Source of the DNA: Pseudomonadota bacterium | GTDB taxonomy: Bacteria; Desulfobacterota; UBA8473 | Direction: 5' to 3' | NCBI GenBank assembly: GCA_043825855.1 | Contig: JBDRRJ010000009.1 | Coordinates: 17,866-81,865 of the forward strand | DNA: 64,000 bases | Part shown: piece by piece, positions 1 to 9,740 of the stretch | Layout: every line of letters begins with the position of its first letter | Numbering within the stretch: position 1 is the first letter of the stretch | Position numbers and translations under genes: made by a program | The notes under the pieces: model-generated | Databases searched by the model: none | What the model saw: only the letters and a program-made list of their open reading frames with translations | What the model was told of the DNA's origin: nothing

Positions 1-449
1 TCTCCAAACGTAAACCCGCGCCCCGCTGTAGTGCCCTTTTTAAATGACCCTTTCTTCTCTCCATTTACGTGTCTCTTACGGAGAAACGTCTCGCTCCGGG
101 CGCCTTGTGTGATCTGTCCGCCCAATTGATGAATCGCCCCATATTCCTTGTTTGTTCCGATTGCCACGGCGGACGTTCCCTGAAGCTGATAGCGAATACT
201 CCCTCGCAGATGGCCTGATTCCGTCAGTATTTTGCTGTGCTTCTTGCGTTTCAGTGTTGACGCCTTCAGCGGAGCCCAGGGCTTACCGTCAGGGGACGGC
301 CCCTGGCTGTTGAATCGCTCTTCCGTCGATCGCAGCATGTATTCCCCGATGATTTTCATGACCGGCGAGAGGTTTTTGACCTTTCCTGCCAGGGCACCCA
401 GTGCGCTCTGCACGGCTTTGTCTTCATTTTGGATTCGGATTTCAAACAT
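1..449 (-). CDS. Mu G-like virion morphogenesis protein. Only the N-terminal ~149 aa are in the window; the ORF continues past the window edge and is not in the ORF track.
   Basis: Manual translation from the ATG at 449: MFEIRIQNEDKAVQSALGALAGKVKNLSPVMKIIGEYML...GTNKEYGAIHQLGG, with no stop before position 1. It lies downstream of gpF as in Mu. Confidence 0.55.
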   Translation of the reverse strand, partial: MFEIRIQNEDKAVQSALGALAGKVKNLSPVMKIIGEYMLRSTEERFNSQGPSPDGKPWAPLKASTLKRKKHSKILTESGHLRGSIRYQLQGTSAVAIGTNKEYGAIHQLGGQITQGARSETFLRKRHVNGEKKGSFKKGTTAGRGFTFG

Positions 450-590
450 ATATTTTTCCTTGACAATTTTCTTTGTCTATGCTTTAATTATCCTCACTAA
501 GGATTTGTTGCCGCTGTTCGGTTATAGGCTGCCGACGCCTTCCGGGAAACCGGATGATGAGCGAAGCGGGAGTGTCGCCCCGTCTGCGGT

Positions 591-1706
591 TCAACGAATC
601 CTTTCATATTTTTCGATCACCTGTTTCATTGCCCTTTCCGTGGTAGTTTCAAATAAACTCAGCATGAAATTTGCTGATTTGTCCCGAGTTCTTTTTATTC
701 CTACCCGATATAGTTTTTCTTTTTCCTTCAGGAAAATAAGCCGTTCCTCCGACTGGCGATACGCCTCGCCGGCATCAATTATCTTCGGGATCATCCTAAA
801 ATCATCCAATCCGATATCCCGATGGCTTTTCTTATTTTTTTTTAGGCTCTCAGGTGAGAGCCAAACTGTTTGCGTCTCGCTTCCCAACACTTCCCTGTCT
901 GCCGGAGTCAAGACTGCTACGGGAAAATCCTCATTAATCATGCCTTCAAAAAACCGCTGGAATGTCGGGCCTTTTAAAAAATTGTCCATCCACTGCCGAC
1001 CAATATCTGGCGGCAATGATTCAAATTTATCAGCCAGTACCCCATAATCCTTCTCGGCCGCCGTCCCTACATTATAGCCCCAACCTTTGTCAATCCCGAC
1101 TTGCTCTCCGGTCTTCGGATCTATGGGAGACGGTGGAGCTGTCCCCAGTCCTTCCTGATCCGCCTGTGCATAGTCCTCTTTCGTGGCAGCGAAAACCCTG
1201 CATTTACAGCCCCAGCCGTTAGGCGGGTAATGAGTCTTCCACCAGGGATCGTCCATTGAAAGCACGAGTCCATTCCATGCAAGATGCTGAGGCCGCGGCA
1301 CACGGCTGTCTCCATGCCTGTATTCCAGATAACCGTAAAACTTTTTAACGTCCGGATCCTGGAGCTGTTCCCAACGGCCTGCGGAGTAAGCCGTCCGGAT
1401 ATTGGTCGAGTAAATAACCTCGCTCCTCCAGTTGCGCCCTCCTTTGTAAGACCAGCCGTGCCTGGCTACAATGTTGTCAAAATCCTTGCGAAAATCCGCC
1501 AACGTGATGCCCTGGCTGATGGCCTTATCAACTGCATCTCTAAAATCAGCCAGCAGGTCGGCCTTGTATGCCCCTGCGATCATGAACCCTTTTGCGTGCT
1601 GATCCTTCCAGAGGTCGTCCCACTTCTGCGTAGGGATGTTCAGCTTTTTTTTAAAGAACGTTTCCTGCTCTATAAAGGGCAGCTTAAAGATGGCTTCTAT
1701 GGTCAT
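591..1706 (-). CDS. Phage head morphogenesis / minor head protein, Mu gpF (SPP1 gp7) family
   Basis: 371 aa with a gpF-like core (…YSAGRWEQL…HLAWNGLVLSMDDPWW…GCKCRV…). Adjacent to the portal gene. Confidence 0.85.
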   Translation of the reverse strand: MTIEAIFKLPFIEQETFFKKKLNIPTQKWDDLWKDQHAKGFMIAGAYKADLLADFRDAVDKAISQGITLADFRKDFDNIVARHGWSYKGGRNWRSEVIYSTNIRTAYSAGRWEQLQDPDVKKFYGYLEYRHGDSRVPRPQHLAWNGLVLSMDDPWWKTHYPPNGWGCKCRVFAATKEDYAQADQEGLGTAPPSPIDPKTGEQVGIDKGWGYNVGTAAEKDYGVLADKFESLPPDIGRQWMDNFLKGPTFQRFFEGMINEDFPVAVLTPADREVLGSETQTVWLSPESLKKNKKSHRDIGLDDFRMIPKIIDAGEAYRQSEERLIFLKEKEKLYRVGIKRTRDKSANFMLSLFETTTERAMKQVIEKYERIR

Positions 1707-3346
1707 CAGATACCCGTTTCATCCTTTACGTCGGCCATGCCGGCCATTTGTGCCACGGCCATCGCCCGTGCCATTAGCGCACCGAGATCCGCTGGATCCA
1801 TTTCTCCCCACAGATCAATTATGCGATCGCGCAGGTCAGCGAGGTCCCGAACGGATGGATCATCGACCAGGCTTTTGATTCTGGACATGAACTCCTCGTC
1901 AGTTATAGACATAGCCTCTTGTGCCAGGCGCTCAGAAATAAGGTCAGCATCGTCAATTTCGCCCCACAGTGGATTATCTCCTGTCCTTGCCATGAGGATA
2001 ACCCTCATCCCATGCCGGTCGTTCAACCCATGCCTAATTTTGGCCGCCAGCGGGGCATTATTTCCGGATGGATCGGGTTGAATATCATCAAGCGGCGTCT
2101 CACCTTTCTGCGGCATAGGTACCTTAAAACGGTCGGAAACATGTTCGGCAGACATTGGCTGCCTCATCTTGCGCAGATTGAGATATACCGTGCTGAGCTT
2201 TGCCAGATCCTCAGCGGGCTCATACATGAGCTTGAACCACGGCAAAGGCTTGTCCCAACCAAAGTTGTAGCCAACTAGCGGCCGTACAATTTGAAACCGG
2301 ATAGTCTTGCTCAGTGCCTCGGCATCTGCCTCGGTTAGATCGTGGCGCACCTTATCCTGCGCACTTTCATTGCCAAGCTTACCTGGTGTTCCTTCTGTAG
2401 TCGCTGTTTGGCCGAGAATGGCCTTAGATATCTCCTTGTTGCAGAAATCGGCCAGCGTCTCATAGATGCTGCTGCTTCCGCCACCGGACTGCTTCATGGC
2501 CTCCACAAACTCGATCTCGGTATTCTTCGAGATGATCCCGGCGGCATCCGATCCCAATGAGCGGATGGCTGCAAACAGGGCGTCTTTGTCTTCCCTTGAC
2601 GCACCGGCATCGTACTTACCAATTCGGAGCGGCATACCGAAGACCTCGGCAAATGCAACCCAGTCCTTCACATCATAATTCTTAAAGAGATACATCCATG
2701 CGCAGACCCGCAGTATTCCAGCCCGTGTATCATACCCGGATCGAGCTTTATAGCGGTGGTAGACCAGCTTCCAGGGCGGCATCTGTTCGCCGTTTACAGG
2801 CTCAGTCTCGGTGATGATCCTGGGTGCTTCGTAACTCTTTTTCCATATATTTCCTGTCAGGTCATAGAAGACGGCCTTTTTTGCGTGGATCCACTGGAGG
2901 TCATTGATTATGGCTGAAGATCTGTCAATGCCCCACATGATTTCGAGCATGGAGTATCCCTTGCCTATGGAGTCCAGCAGATCGAGCAAGGCATCCTCGA
3001 AGCTCGAAACGTTAAAAAGACAATCGGAGACAAAATCACGAATCTTTTTGTCCTCGGCAGACTCAGACCATGCCGTGATGTCATAGTCGAGACCGAGGAC
3101 TGCGTTTTTGCGTGTCTGAAGCTCTGAGAAGAGATGCGTGTCCTTCTCTTCCATCTCTTCAAATAATTCGGCCTGCCGATAAACGCTGCCACCGTCTGCC
3201 TCCTTGAAAATCGAACTGAGTCTCTGCGGTGTGAGCCCCTCGCTCGGATAGCTTGACCAGCGATCGCGGATGGTAGTGACTGCGATCTCACGGGTCTCAG
3301 GCCTTTTTTTAATCTCTATCTCTCTTCCAAACTGATCCAGTATCAT
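1706..3346 (-). CDS. Portal protein, Mu gp29-like (DUF935)
   Basis: 546 aa sitting between TerL and gpF. Size and position match Mu gp29. Confidence 0.8.
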   Translation of the reverse strand: MILDQFGREIEIKKRPETREIAVTTIRDRWSSYPSEGLTPQRLSSIFKEADGGSVYRQAELFEEMEEKDTHLFSELQTRKNAVLGLDYDITAWSESAEDKKIRDFVSDCLFNVSSFEDALLDLLDSIGKGYSMLEIMWGIDRSSAIINDLQWIHAKKAVFYDLTGNIWKKSYEAPRIITETEPVNGEQMPPWKLVYHRYKARSGYDTRAGILRVCAWMYLFKNYDVKDWVAFAEVFGMPLRIGKYDAGASREDKDALFAAIRSLGSDAAGIISKNTEIEFVEAMKQSGGGSSSIYETLADFCNKEISKAILGQTATTEGTPGKLGNESAQDKVRHDLTEADAEALSKTIRFQIVRPLVGYNFGWDKPLPWFKLMYEPAEDLAKLSTVYLNLRKMRQPMSAEHVSDRFKVPMPQKGETPLDDIQPDPSGNNAPLAAKIRHGLNDRHGMRVILMARTGDNPLWGEIDDADLISERLAQEAMSITDEEFMSRIKSLVDDPSVRDLADLRDRIIDLWGEMDPADLGALMARAMAVAQMAGMADVKDETGI

Positions 3347-3354
3347 TCTATTCT

Positions 3355-3450
3355 CCGTTCACCGTTCACATTTGTCGTTCACCGTTTTCCGTTCACCGTC
3401 CGCCGACAAAACGGACAACGGATAACGGATAACATATAACGATCAATACG
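3355..3450. repeat. Iteron-like array of 7-mers: CGTTCAC repeats followed by AACGGA(T/C) repeats, immediately upstream of the portal gene start. An inverted copy of the same element lies at 10414..10467.
   Basis: Sequence read directly: ccgttcaccgttcacatttgtcgttcaccgttttccgttcaccgtccgccgacaaaacggacaacggataacggataacatataacgatc. Confidence 0.6.
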
Positions 3451-5020
3451 CCCCTCTCTGAATAAATGCGCCTGGTATTCTTATATTGTGATCGTCATCG
3501 TCGCCTGCGGCAAAACGCCGCCTGAGAACAGTTTCGTATTCAACTGGACCCGCTTCGCCTTCATTTGTAGCAAACCAGGCTAACGCGCCAGCAACGCCGG
3601 AATCGCCGTGGCGTTGTTTGTTGTCCTTGCCCTTCATTTTGGTTTCAGGGAGTTTGGCAACGCCGCGGATAACCTTGAATGCACGATGATCCTCTATAAT
3701 GTCGGCGTCTTTCGGTAGCAGGATGGACCGATCCTCAAAGGCCGATTTGTAACGGGGCATATTATCCCGATACCAGGGCTCAGTGAGCATGATCTGGGCA
3801 ATCCGTTCTGCCCCGTATTTCTGCATGGCCACTTCCGCCAGGTACTGACCGTTTCCGCGTGCGTCCAGTGCACCGTAACGGAATCTGGGGAGACGATCGA
3901 CGATGTAAAAGAGTATCTGTTCCTGCTGCTTGAAGGGAATGTTTCGGAGTTCCACAACAAAGGGTGCCCTGAAATTTGCACTCTGTAATTCGCAGAGGGG
4001 AATAATGACCGTTAGATCGCCCGTTCTTCCGAAATCCTCTCCAAAATATGATGCACGTTTCTCATCTAAACCTTTAAGTAGTTCCTTAAGGTTCTCCTCA
4101 CACCAATCCTTCACTTCAGCGTATCGGAGATGGTCTGCCACCTCCGCAAATGATTTTGGCTGCTCATATCGGAGTATCGGAATATCCTCAGAAAGGCATG
4201 TTTCGATCAGGGCACGAGTCAGATAGACGCCGGTTCCCTGTGATGGTATACAAAAGAGTTCCTCGTCGGCATCATCGCCATAGGAATCGATGACCTCCTG
4301 ACGCCAGGCAGTTTCGCCTTCCGCTGTCCATTCCCTTTTCAACACCTCGCATATCCGCTTATAGAGACCGTCTTGTAATGCCTCATCCAAGTCGACACGA
4401 TGGAGACTATATGGTTTCTTTCCCGCCCGGATATCCTGGACAAGACCATTAAAATCGTTGGCATCCCCGAAGTGTGTGGATATGATCCGCACCTGACCGC
4501 CCCAGATGAGCAGCGCCATTGCCGCTTTGAGTAATCCGGCCAGATCGTCATGGAAAGCCGCCTCATCGAGCACCACACGTCCCTGCTTGCCGCGAAGGTT
4601 AGTAGGCCGGGATGAAAGCGCCGTAATGCGCCAGCCGGAGGCAAACGTGATCTGATAGGCGAGTATCTTTTTTTCCTGCACGACACCTTCAAATTCTTCC
4701 TCATCCGGTATCTCGACCTCTTCCATTTCAGATGCGGTTAGATTATAGGCACGTGCCCAGTTGGCGCAGTCATTGATGAATTCGATGGCCATGTCTTTTG
4801 TATAACCGATGTACCAGACGTTACGCTTTTCTCCCTTTCCCTTTTCAGATGCATAGAGGGCATCGTCTGCTGCCTCGGCCCACGAAATACCGATACGCCG
4901 GGATTTTTCCATAACCTTCACCGGAGACTGGTCTGCCACCCAACGGGTTTGATACGGTAACAATACGCCCGTGGCAGAGCGCGCTTGGTCAAAATCATTT
5001 TGGATGGTCGCTTCGGTCAT
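3443..5020 (-). CDS. Terminase large subunit, Mu gp28-like
   Basis: 525 aa with N-terminal ATPase-like and C-terminal nuclease-like regions. Sits between the gp27-like gene and the portal gene. Confidence 0.8.
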   Translation of the reverse strand: MTEATIQNDFDQARSATGVLLPYQTRWVADQSPVKVMEKSRRIGISWAEAADDALYASEKGKGEKRNVWYIGYTKDMAIEFINDCANWARAYNLTASEMEEVEIPDEEEFEGVVQEKKILAYQITFASGWRITALSSRPTNLRGKQGRVVLDEAAFHDDLAGLLKAAMALLIWGGQVRIISTHFGDANDFNGLVQDIRAGKKPYSLHRVDLDEALQDGLYKRICEVLKREWTAEGETAWRQEVIDSYGDDADEELFCIPSQGTGVYLTRALIETCLSEDIPILRYEQPKSFAEVADHLRYAEVKDWCEENLKELLKGLDEKRASYFGEDFGRTGDLTVIIPLCELQSANFRAPFVVELRNIPFKQQEQILFYIVDRLPRFRYGALDARGNGQYLAEVAMQKYGAERIAQIMLTEPWYRDNMPRYKSAFEDRSILLPKDADIIEDHRAFKVIRGVAKLPETKMKGKDNKQRHGDSGVAGALAWFATNEGEAGPVEYETVLRRRFAAGDDDDHNIRIPGAFIQRGAY

Positions 5021-5547
5021 ACAATCCCCAATATTTTCTTCCGGATCTGCTCGGCTTTTTCTTCCGAGAGCCCGTCTTTTTTGACTGATTTAACAATGTC
5101 ATCTGCGGTTTTAGTAATCTTTTTGGATACCTCCGCCTTAACTCTCTCCCTCAAAGCTGTGGATGACTGCAGCTTTGCAAAGTCCGATATAATCCTCGGC
5201 GTTTTGCTTATATCTATTCCTTCCTCAAGCAATAGTTCCAACAGCGTAGCTGCCATCTTCTTGGCTACTGCCTCTTCTAGCACCATGCCGTCACCGCCTG
5301 CCTCGGAAACCAATATCTTGCTCTTGTCCTCGATGATCAGGAGTTTTCGATATTCATTGAGAAAATCCTTGCCATACCGCCCGATGCTGGACCGTGATAT
5401 GTCGTACCCCTTACTTTTCAGATAGTCTGATATGTCCTCGTATATCTCGCCTTCTATAAGCAGCCGGTTGACCTCCCTGCGTATCTCAGGGGACAGTTCG
5501 TCCTCGACTTTGCTGTGTCGTCTAACCTTGGTATGTGGCCTGCCCAT
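5017..5547 (-). CDS. Mu gp27-like protein (DUF3486), putative small terminase / DNA-binding subunit
   Basis: 176 aa, basic N-terminus, and a 4-nt overlap with TerL. Confidence 0.5.
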   Translation of the reverse strand: MGRPHTKVRRHSKVEDELSPEIRREVNRLLIEGEIYEDISDYLKSKGYDISRSSIGRYGKDFLNEYRKLLIIEDKSKILVSEAGGDGMVLEEAVAKKMAATLLELLLEEGIDISKTPRIISDFAKLQSSTALRERVKAEVSKKITKTADDIVKSVKKDGLSEEKAEQIRKKILGIV

Positions 5548-5796
5548 CTACTCCAGCTCCTTTTCAACCTGAGCGATCTTGCCGCAAACGTCCAGATATT
5601 CCCGCCGGAGATCTCGCGCCTCTGTCGCCAGTGCGGCAATTCCTTCAAGATCAATATCGGCAATCGGCGATACTGAAGACGCCGCTAACAGATTTTTAAT
5701 CGACTTTATCTGGGTGTTGATCTGCAGGGCTAAATCAATCCTTTTCTGCTTCAGATCAAGGTACCTTCCTTTCAGTATCAGCCGTTCTTCACTCAT
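5548..5796 (-). CDS. Hypothetical phage protein (coiled-coil)
   Basis: 82-aa ORF that overlaps its neighbours inside the phage operon. Confidence 0.35.
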   Translation of the reverse strand: MSEERLILKGRYLDLKQKRIDLALQINTQIKSIKNLLAASSVSPIADIDLEGIAALATEARDLRREYLDVCGKIAQVEKELE

Positions 5797-6152
5797 AATT
5801 GCACTCCTTCCGCTAACTTTTTTAGCCTGACTTGTGGACAGTACTGGTTATTATGGATACTATCCACCAACCGGGTCATTGCCGTAGTATTCATGATCAC
5901 GACATCCTTCAAATCGCCTGCCAGGCATTGGTCTTTTTCCAATAGCTTGACGTTGTTTTTATACATTTCTACTACGTCCTCGTGCATCTCAACTACAGCT
6001 TCGTGTCGTTTCTGATATGTCCATACGAGGAAGACCGCAAAGAGCCATGGGCCGATAATAATAAGTAAAAGAATGAGACCAAGTGGCCAGACCCCAACCC
6101 TCTCAAGTAAGCTTGCTAGCGCTCCTAATACCGCAATATGTTCGACAGACAT
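5793..6152 (-). CDS. Phage membrane protein, possibly a lysis component (holin- or spanin-like)
   Basis: One strong TM segment (WPLGLILLLIIIGPWLFAVFLVW). Located between the endolysin and gp27-like genes, as Mu gp23-26 are. Confidence 0.35.
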   Translation of the reverse strand: MSVEHIAVLGALASLLERVGVWPLGLILLLIIIGPWLFAVFLVWTYQKRHEAVVEMHEDVVEMYKNNVKLLEKDQCLAGDLKDVVIMNTTAMTRLVDSIHNNQYCPQVRLKKLAEGVQL

Positions 6153-6161
6153 AAGCTCTCC

Positions 6162-6407
6162 TTATTTATCCAGCAACGCGTCTTTGCCTTCGTCTTCCTC
6201 AATGGCATCAATACTGTGATTCGGGTCTATTGTATCCAGCCCATAATCTATTATTTTTGATAGTGGTCTATACCAGGGTATCTTTCCGCCATGCTTTTTT
6301 TTCATCTTGCCAAGCCTTGAAGATATGGTTTCATCCGGATCACCTCCAAATAAGGTGTTTCCAAACTGGTCAATGCTTAACAGAATATTAAATAGCCATT
6401 TGCCCAT
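6162..6407 (-). CDS. Hypothetical phage protein
   Basis: 81-aa ORF in the lysis region. Confidence 0.3.
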   Translation of the reverse strand: MGKWLFNILLSIDQFGNTLFGGDPDETISSRLGKMKKKHGGKIPWYRPLSKIIDYGLDTIDPNHSIDAIEEDEGKDALLDK

Positions 6408-6425
6408 AATCCCCCCTCTTTTTTT

Positions 6426-6899
6426 TTATGCGAACCATTCATGGTTCCCAATTTTCATGACAACATTCATTCCGGCTGCCAGCCATTTGTTCTTTGTCGT
6501 TGAGGCTAATAGCGGGTTGAGATACTGCATAGCAGTCGTGTTTCTTGGGATTGATCCCTCTATCATCCCTCTAGCGATCTCGACACATTCACGTAGTGAT
6601 TTTGCTTTATGACATGCAAACTCAAAATTTTTCGCAATCCAGAGGAGGGGTTTTCTATTTGGATCATCTGGCAGATAGCATGAGAACTGATACGGCCACA
6701 GACATACACTCTTAATTGTTTCCCCATCCCAGTCCCGGTGGTCAACACGCTCAAGGATGGTTGACCCAACTCCGATTCTGCCTTCTCTCGGTTCACCTCT
6801 GGCCTCGGCAAAGATTGTTAGACCCATGATCTGATCGTCTGTCAAATGACCGAAGTCCTTGATGTTTGCTTTATATATTTTTTGATATTTCGTTTTCAT
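6426..6899 (-). CDS. Endolysin, SleB-like cell wall hydrolase (Hydrolase_2 family)
   Basis: Contains GLTIFAEARGEPREGRIGVGSTILERV…YQFSC, the diagnostic SleB/Hydrolase_2 motifs. Confidence 0.8.
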   Translation of the reverse strand: MKTKYQKIYKANIKDFGHLTDDQIMGLTIFAEARGEPREGRIGVGSTILERVDHRDWDGETIKSVCLWPYQFSCYLPDDPNRKPLLWIAKNFEFACHKAKSLRECVEIARGMIEGSIPRNTTAMQYLNPLLASTTKNKWLAAGMNVVMKIGNHEWFA

Positions 6900-7165
6900 T
6901 CTTCACCTACTATTTGGAGACAATTCCCCAGCAAACCGGCATCTTCAATGGCGCCGTCAACCTCCGGTGTCAATGTATTATCGGGTCTCTCTATGACAAT
7001 AAAAGGGGTGGTCTGGATCTGATAAAAAGATGCCTCGGCAAGCCCATCTATCGTGCTGATGTCAAATGTCTCTACTTTGTGCTTTTGTTGTTTGATATCT
7101 TTAGCGAGTTTTTTTGCGGAAGTACATTTAGGACAATCTGGTGAGATGAATATTTTGATATACAT
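6896..7165 (-). CDS. Glutaredoxin/thioredoxin-fold protein (CPKC active site), co-operonic with the endolysin
   Basis: 89 aa, SPDCPKCTSAKKL near the N-terminus, TTPFIVIE motif, 4-nt overlap with the endolysin gene. Confidence 0.6.
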   Translation of the reverse strand: MYIKIFISPDCPKCTSAKKLAKDIKQQKHKVETFDISTIDGLAEASFYQIQTTPFIVIERPDNTLTPEVDGAIEDAGLLGNCLQIVGEE

Positions 7166-7301
7166 AAAAAAACCACCCCCAGAAATTGGGCGCGGTTTTT
7201 ATAGATCCTATTTTACGGTTAATTTACTATTTGTCAAGTATTTTTTCCATATCTTGTGATATAATACATTAAGAATACAAGATATAGTGGTAACGGGTTG
7301 T

Positions 7302-7757
7302 TTAAATTCCTTTTGTTTCATATTCAAACTTTTCTATTAGCTTTCTTTTCCCGCCGATCAAAAACAATCTCTCATCCGGCCACTTTTCCATTATTGCCCT
7401 GTCAACGCTCTTGGCTATTTTGATCGCCTCGACAAATCCATATTCTTCAATCTTTGCAACCGCATCCCTGGGCAGGCTCACTTTCCAATCCTTTGTAAAA
7501 AGCAGAATCCCATTCGCCAGGCTGATTTTTTCCCGGCCGTCGAAGAGCTGCCCCTTGTTCTCCTTCATTAAGGAAACGATCTCTTTGTCGAGTTCGACAA
7601 GTTGTTCTTTCAATAATCCTAGCTCAGGCTCGTATCTCTCCCTAATTACAGCCATCTCCGCCTCGGCCTGTTTTTCCAGTGCGCCGATCCTATCCACAGT
7701 ATATTTAATATTACGCAGCATAATGTCTGCACACTCTTCCAGATACCTATCCATCAC
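7302..7757 (-). CDS. Probable Mu Gam-like host-nuclease inhibitor family protein
   Basis: 151 aa with an N-terminal coiled coil plus a C-terminal domain, in the early/semi-essential region as Mu gam is. Confidence 0.4.
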   Translation of the reverse strand: MMDRYLEECADIMLRNIKYTVDRIGALEKQAEAEMAVIRERYEPELGLLKEQLVELDKEIVSLMKENKGQLFDGREKISLANGILLFTKDWKVSLPRDAVAKIEEYGFVEAIKIAKSVDRAIMEKWPDERLFLIGGKRKLIEKFEYETKGI

Positions 7758-7816
7758 CCATCACCTCTATTATCCATTTAGACGCCTAAATGGTAAGTAC
7801 GCTTTCCGAATTACGA

Positions 7817-8422
7817 CTAACGACTCCCCAGATTCATCTGCATTTGTCCCAGCAGCTCTGCCAGCCCTATTTTTCTGATCTTTGATTCCATCCAGAGAGC
7901 CTTCAGTGCCCGCCTTCTGATTCTGCTCAGGTAATCCTCCAGTTCCGACCCTGCGCCGGCAAGGTAGTATCCGCCTCCATTTTTCGAGGTTGTTGAACAG
8001 ATGGGTACCCCATCTTTCCGTAAGAGAGTTATTACACTCCTAAGCCCCCTGGTATCGGAGATTTTATTCGAATAATCCTTCCCGAATACCTGAGAATAAA
8101 GATCACCCATATCTATCGCTTTCTCCCTGCCGATATGGCTGGATAGTACTGACAATACCGCCACCTTATGGGTATTTATGATGTTCGTTTCTTCTATTTT
8201 TTTTGACATCATGTTCTCCCTCCCTTGTTCGCACTTTATACAGTCCGGATACAAATACCCGTATGTTCCTGGTGTTTTATTTTTTTTCTGCCTTTTGATG
8301 CACACCTCTTTCGAGACCCGGGCATGATTCCGCTCACAATCGAAATATCCCTGGCCGTTTAATATCTGATCAATATTATCCATATAATTACCCAAATACC
8401 TTATATGCCCAGAAGTAACCAA
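7817..8422 (-). CDS. Hypothetical phage protein with an N-terminal Cys/His cluster (zinc-finger-like)
   Basis: CERNHARVSKEVCIKRQ…YPDCIKCEQG. The rest of the protein is not recognised. Confidence 0.35.
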   Translation of the reverse strand: MVTSGHIRYLGNYMDNIDQILNGQGYFDCERNHARVSKEVCIKRQKKNKTPGTYGYLYPDCIKCEQGRENMMSKKIEETNIINTHKVAVLSVLSSHIGREKAIDMGDLYSQVFGKDYSNKISDTRGLRSVITLLRKDGVPICSTTSKNGGGYYLAGAGSELEDYLSRIRRRALKALWMESKIRKIGLAELLGQMQMNLGSR

Positions 8423-8527
8423 TCCCTATCCCGATTACTAAGAGAACAAAAGCTAAAAAGAATTGTTTGAGCATATCCTTCCCGTTACCCTCCTCTATAT
8501 CAGGAGGGATTAAATACTCACGACGTT

Positions 8528-8722
8528 TCATACTTTTGTCTCCTCTATCTCCCTGTTAACGGTTTCCCACGGAATTCCCGTTATGGCATGTATCCTGGTC
8601 GTTTCCCGGACTGACAATCCCTTGTTTTTGCCTTTTTGGGTCATCTCCCTTGCCAGCGAGAGATCAACCATTTGAAACTCATCACCTTTAATTCTTTTTT
8701 TGAACATTAATATTCTTTTCAT
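8528..8722 (-). CDS. Small phage protein, possible HTH (Mor/C-like?)
   Basis: 64 aa; the stretch LSVRETTRIHAITGIPWETV looks helix-turn-helix-like. ATGA overlap with the upstream gene. Confidence 0.25.
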   Translation of the reverse strand: MKRILMFKKRIKGDEFQMVDLSLAREMTQKGKNKGLSVRETTRIHAITGIPWETVNREIEETKV

Positions 8723-9168
8723 GCGCTCTTTCCCTCCTCTTCGGCCCTTATCTTTTCCATGATTACAAGCATTCTTTTAAGCTTTCCGATATCCCTGCAC
8801 CATTCAAGTCTGTCTGTTCTGCATATAGTTTTGCAGAGACCCTGTGCTCGCTTTGCACCGTTTTCCATCTGGGCGGCAACCTCCATGATCCTTTCACGCA
8901 ATGCCTCAATCTGGCTTTCTTTTTGCCCTATCTTTGGGCTTTCTTTCCAGCCCATCGATATAAAATGATTTACAAGCTTTTCCAGTTTCCAGACAGGAAG
9001 ATCGGCTGCCGAAGCCACACACCAGGGCTGCGACCTGAGTATGTCTCTGTAGGTTTTGTCATCGAGTCCAAGCTCTTTTGCTGCAATATGGATTTTTGCA
9101 AGGAGACCGTTTCTCTGTCGCTGTAACTTATTTTGCGACTTTTCCCCGCCGCCTTTGATTACCTGCAT
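8719..9168 (-). CDS. GemA-like protein (Mu gp16, DUF1018)
   Basis: 149 aa; GLLAKIHIAAKELGLDDKTYRDIL is typical of the DUF1018/GemA N-terminus. Confidence 0.6.
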   Translation of the reverse strand: MQVIKGGGEKSQNKLQRQRNGLLAKIHIAAKELGLDDKTYRDILRSQPWCVASAADLPVWKLEKLVNHFISMGWKESPKIGQKESQIEALRERIMEVAAQMENGAKRAQGLCKTICRTDRLEWCRDIGKLKRMLVIMEKIRAEEEGKSA

Positions 9169-9176
9169 TATTCCCC

Positions 9177-9740
9177 CTACATCAACTCGATCTTAAATTT
9201 ATCTCTATCTGGTATGTTGTATAGATTCAGCGCTCCTCTGCCGTGTATACAAGGGCGTCTTCCAACCCTGGACAGATATCCATCCTTTTTGAGATTCCTT
9301 ATGATTCTACTTACATAACCCATATCTTTGTCTTCTACTCCTGCAATCCGCTGTATATCCGCCGAGGTAAAGGCTGATGCAGATACATATATTGCCTTGA
9401 TAATCCTGGTTAGCTTATCGCCTCTCTGTTTCTTGCGCCAGTTGCGGTTATATAAATACGTTGTCTGTTGTCCCTGCCTGTGCGTGTTCGCACGCAGACA
9501 GGCGTTGCCCGTTTTCGGTAGAGTAACGGTGGACGGTGAACGGTCGACCCTTATTATTTCTCCCCGATCGATAAAGTCAGGGATGGCGTTCCTGATCTGC
9601 GCCCTTTCTTTCCCTGTCGCTCCAAGCCCATCGCAGATATGAGGAACTGTGAACGGCCTTTTTCTGCCGGACATCCATTCCCTCATTCTTTTTGCCAGAC
9701 CGGTTTTAGGTGTTTTTACAGATGTCGTTTGCGAGTTCAT
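9177..9740 (-). CDS. Hypothetical phage early protein with a possible C-terminal winged-helix
   Basis: 187-aa ORF overlapping the MuB start. It contains an internal iteron-like stretch (aacggtggacggtgaacgg at about 9520-9545), so part of it may be regulatory rather than coding. Confidence 0.3.
   Translation of the reverse strand: MNSQTTSVKTPKTGLAKRMREWMSGRKRPFTVPHICDGLGATGKERAQIRNAIPDFIDRGEIIRVDRSPSTVTLPKTGNACLRANTHRQGQQTTYLYNRNWRKKQRGDKLTRIIKAIYVSASAFTSADIQRIAGVEDKDMGYVSRIIRNLKKDGYLSRVGRRPCIHGRGALNLYNIPDRDKFKIELM

Noticed and set aside
232-1047. 271-aa ORF on the plus strand across the G/F gene region
   Set aside because: It is antisense to two well-supported Mu morphogenesis genes, has no recognisable domain and is low-complexity. 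It is an antisense shadow of those genes.
1284-2278. Several 80-265-aa plus-strand ORFs inside the portal gene
   Set aside because: They are entirely antisense to the 546-aa portal ORF, which has clear family signatures. They are shadow frames.
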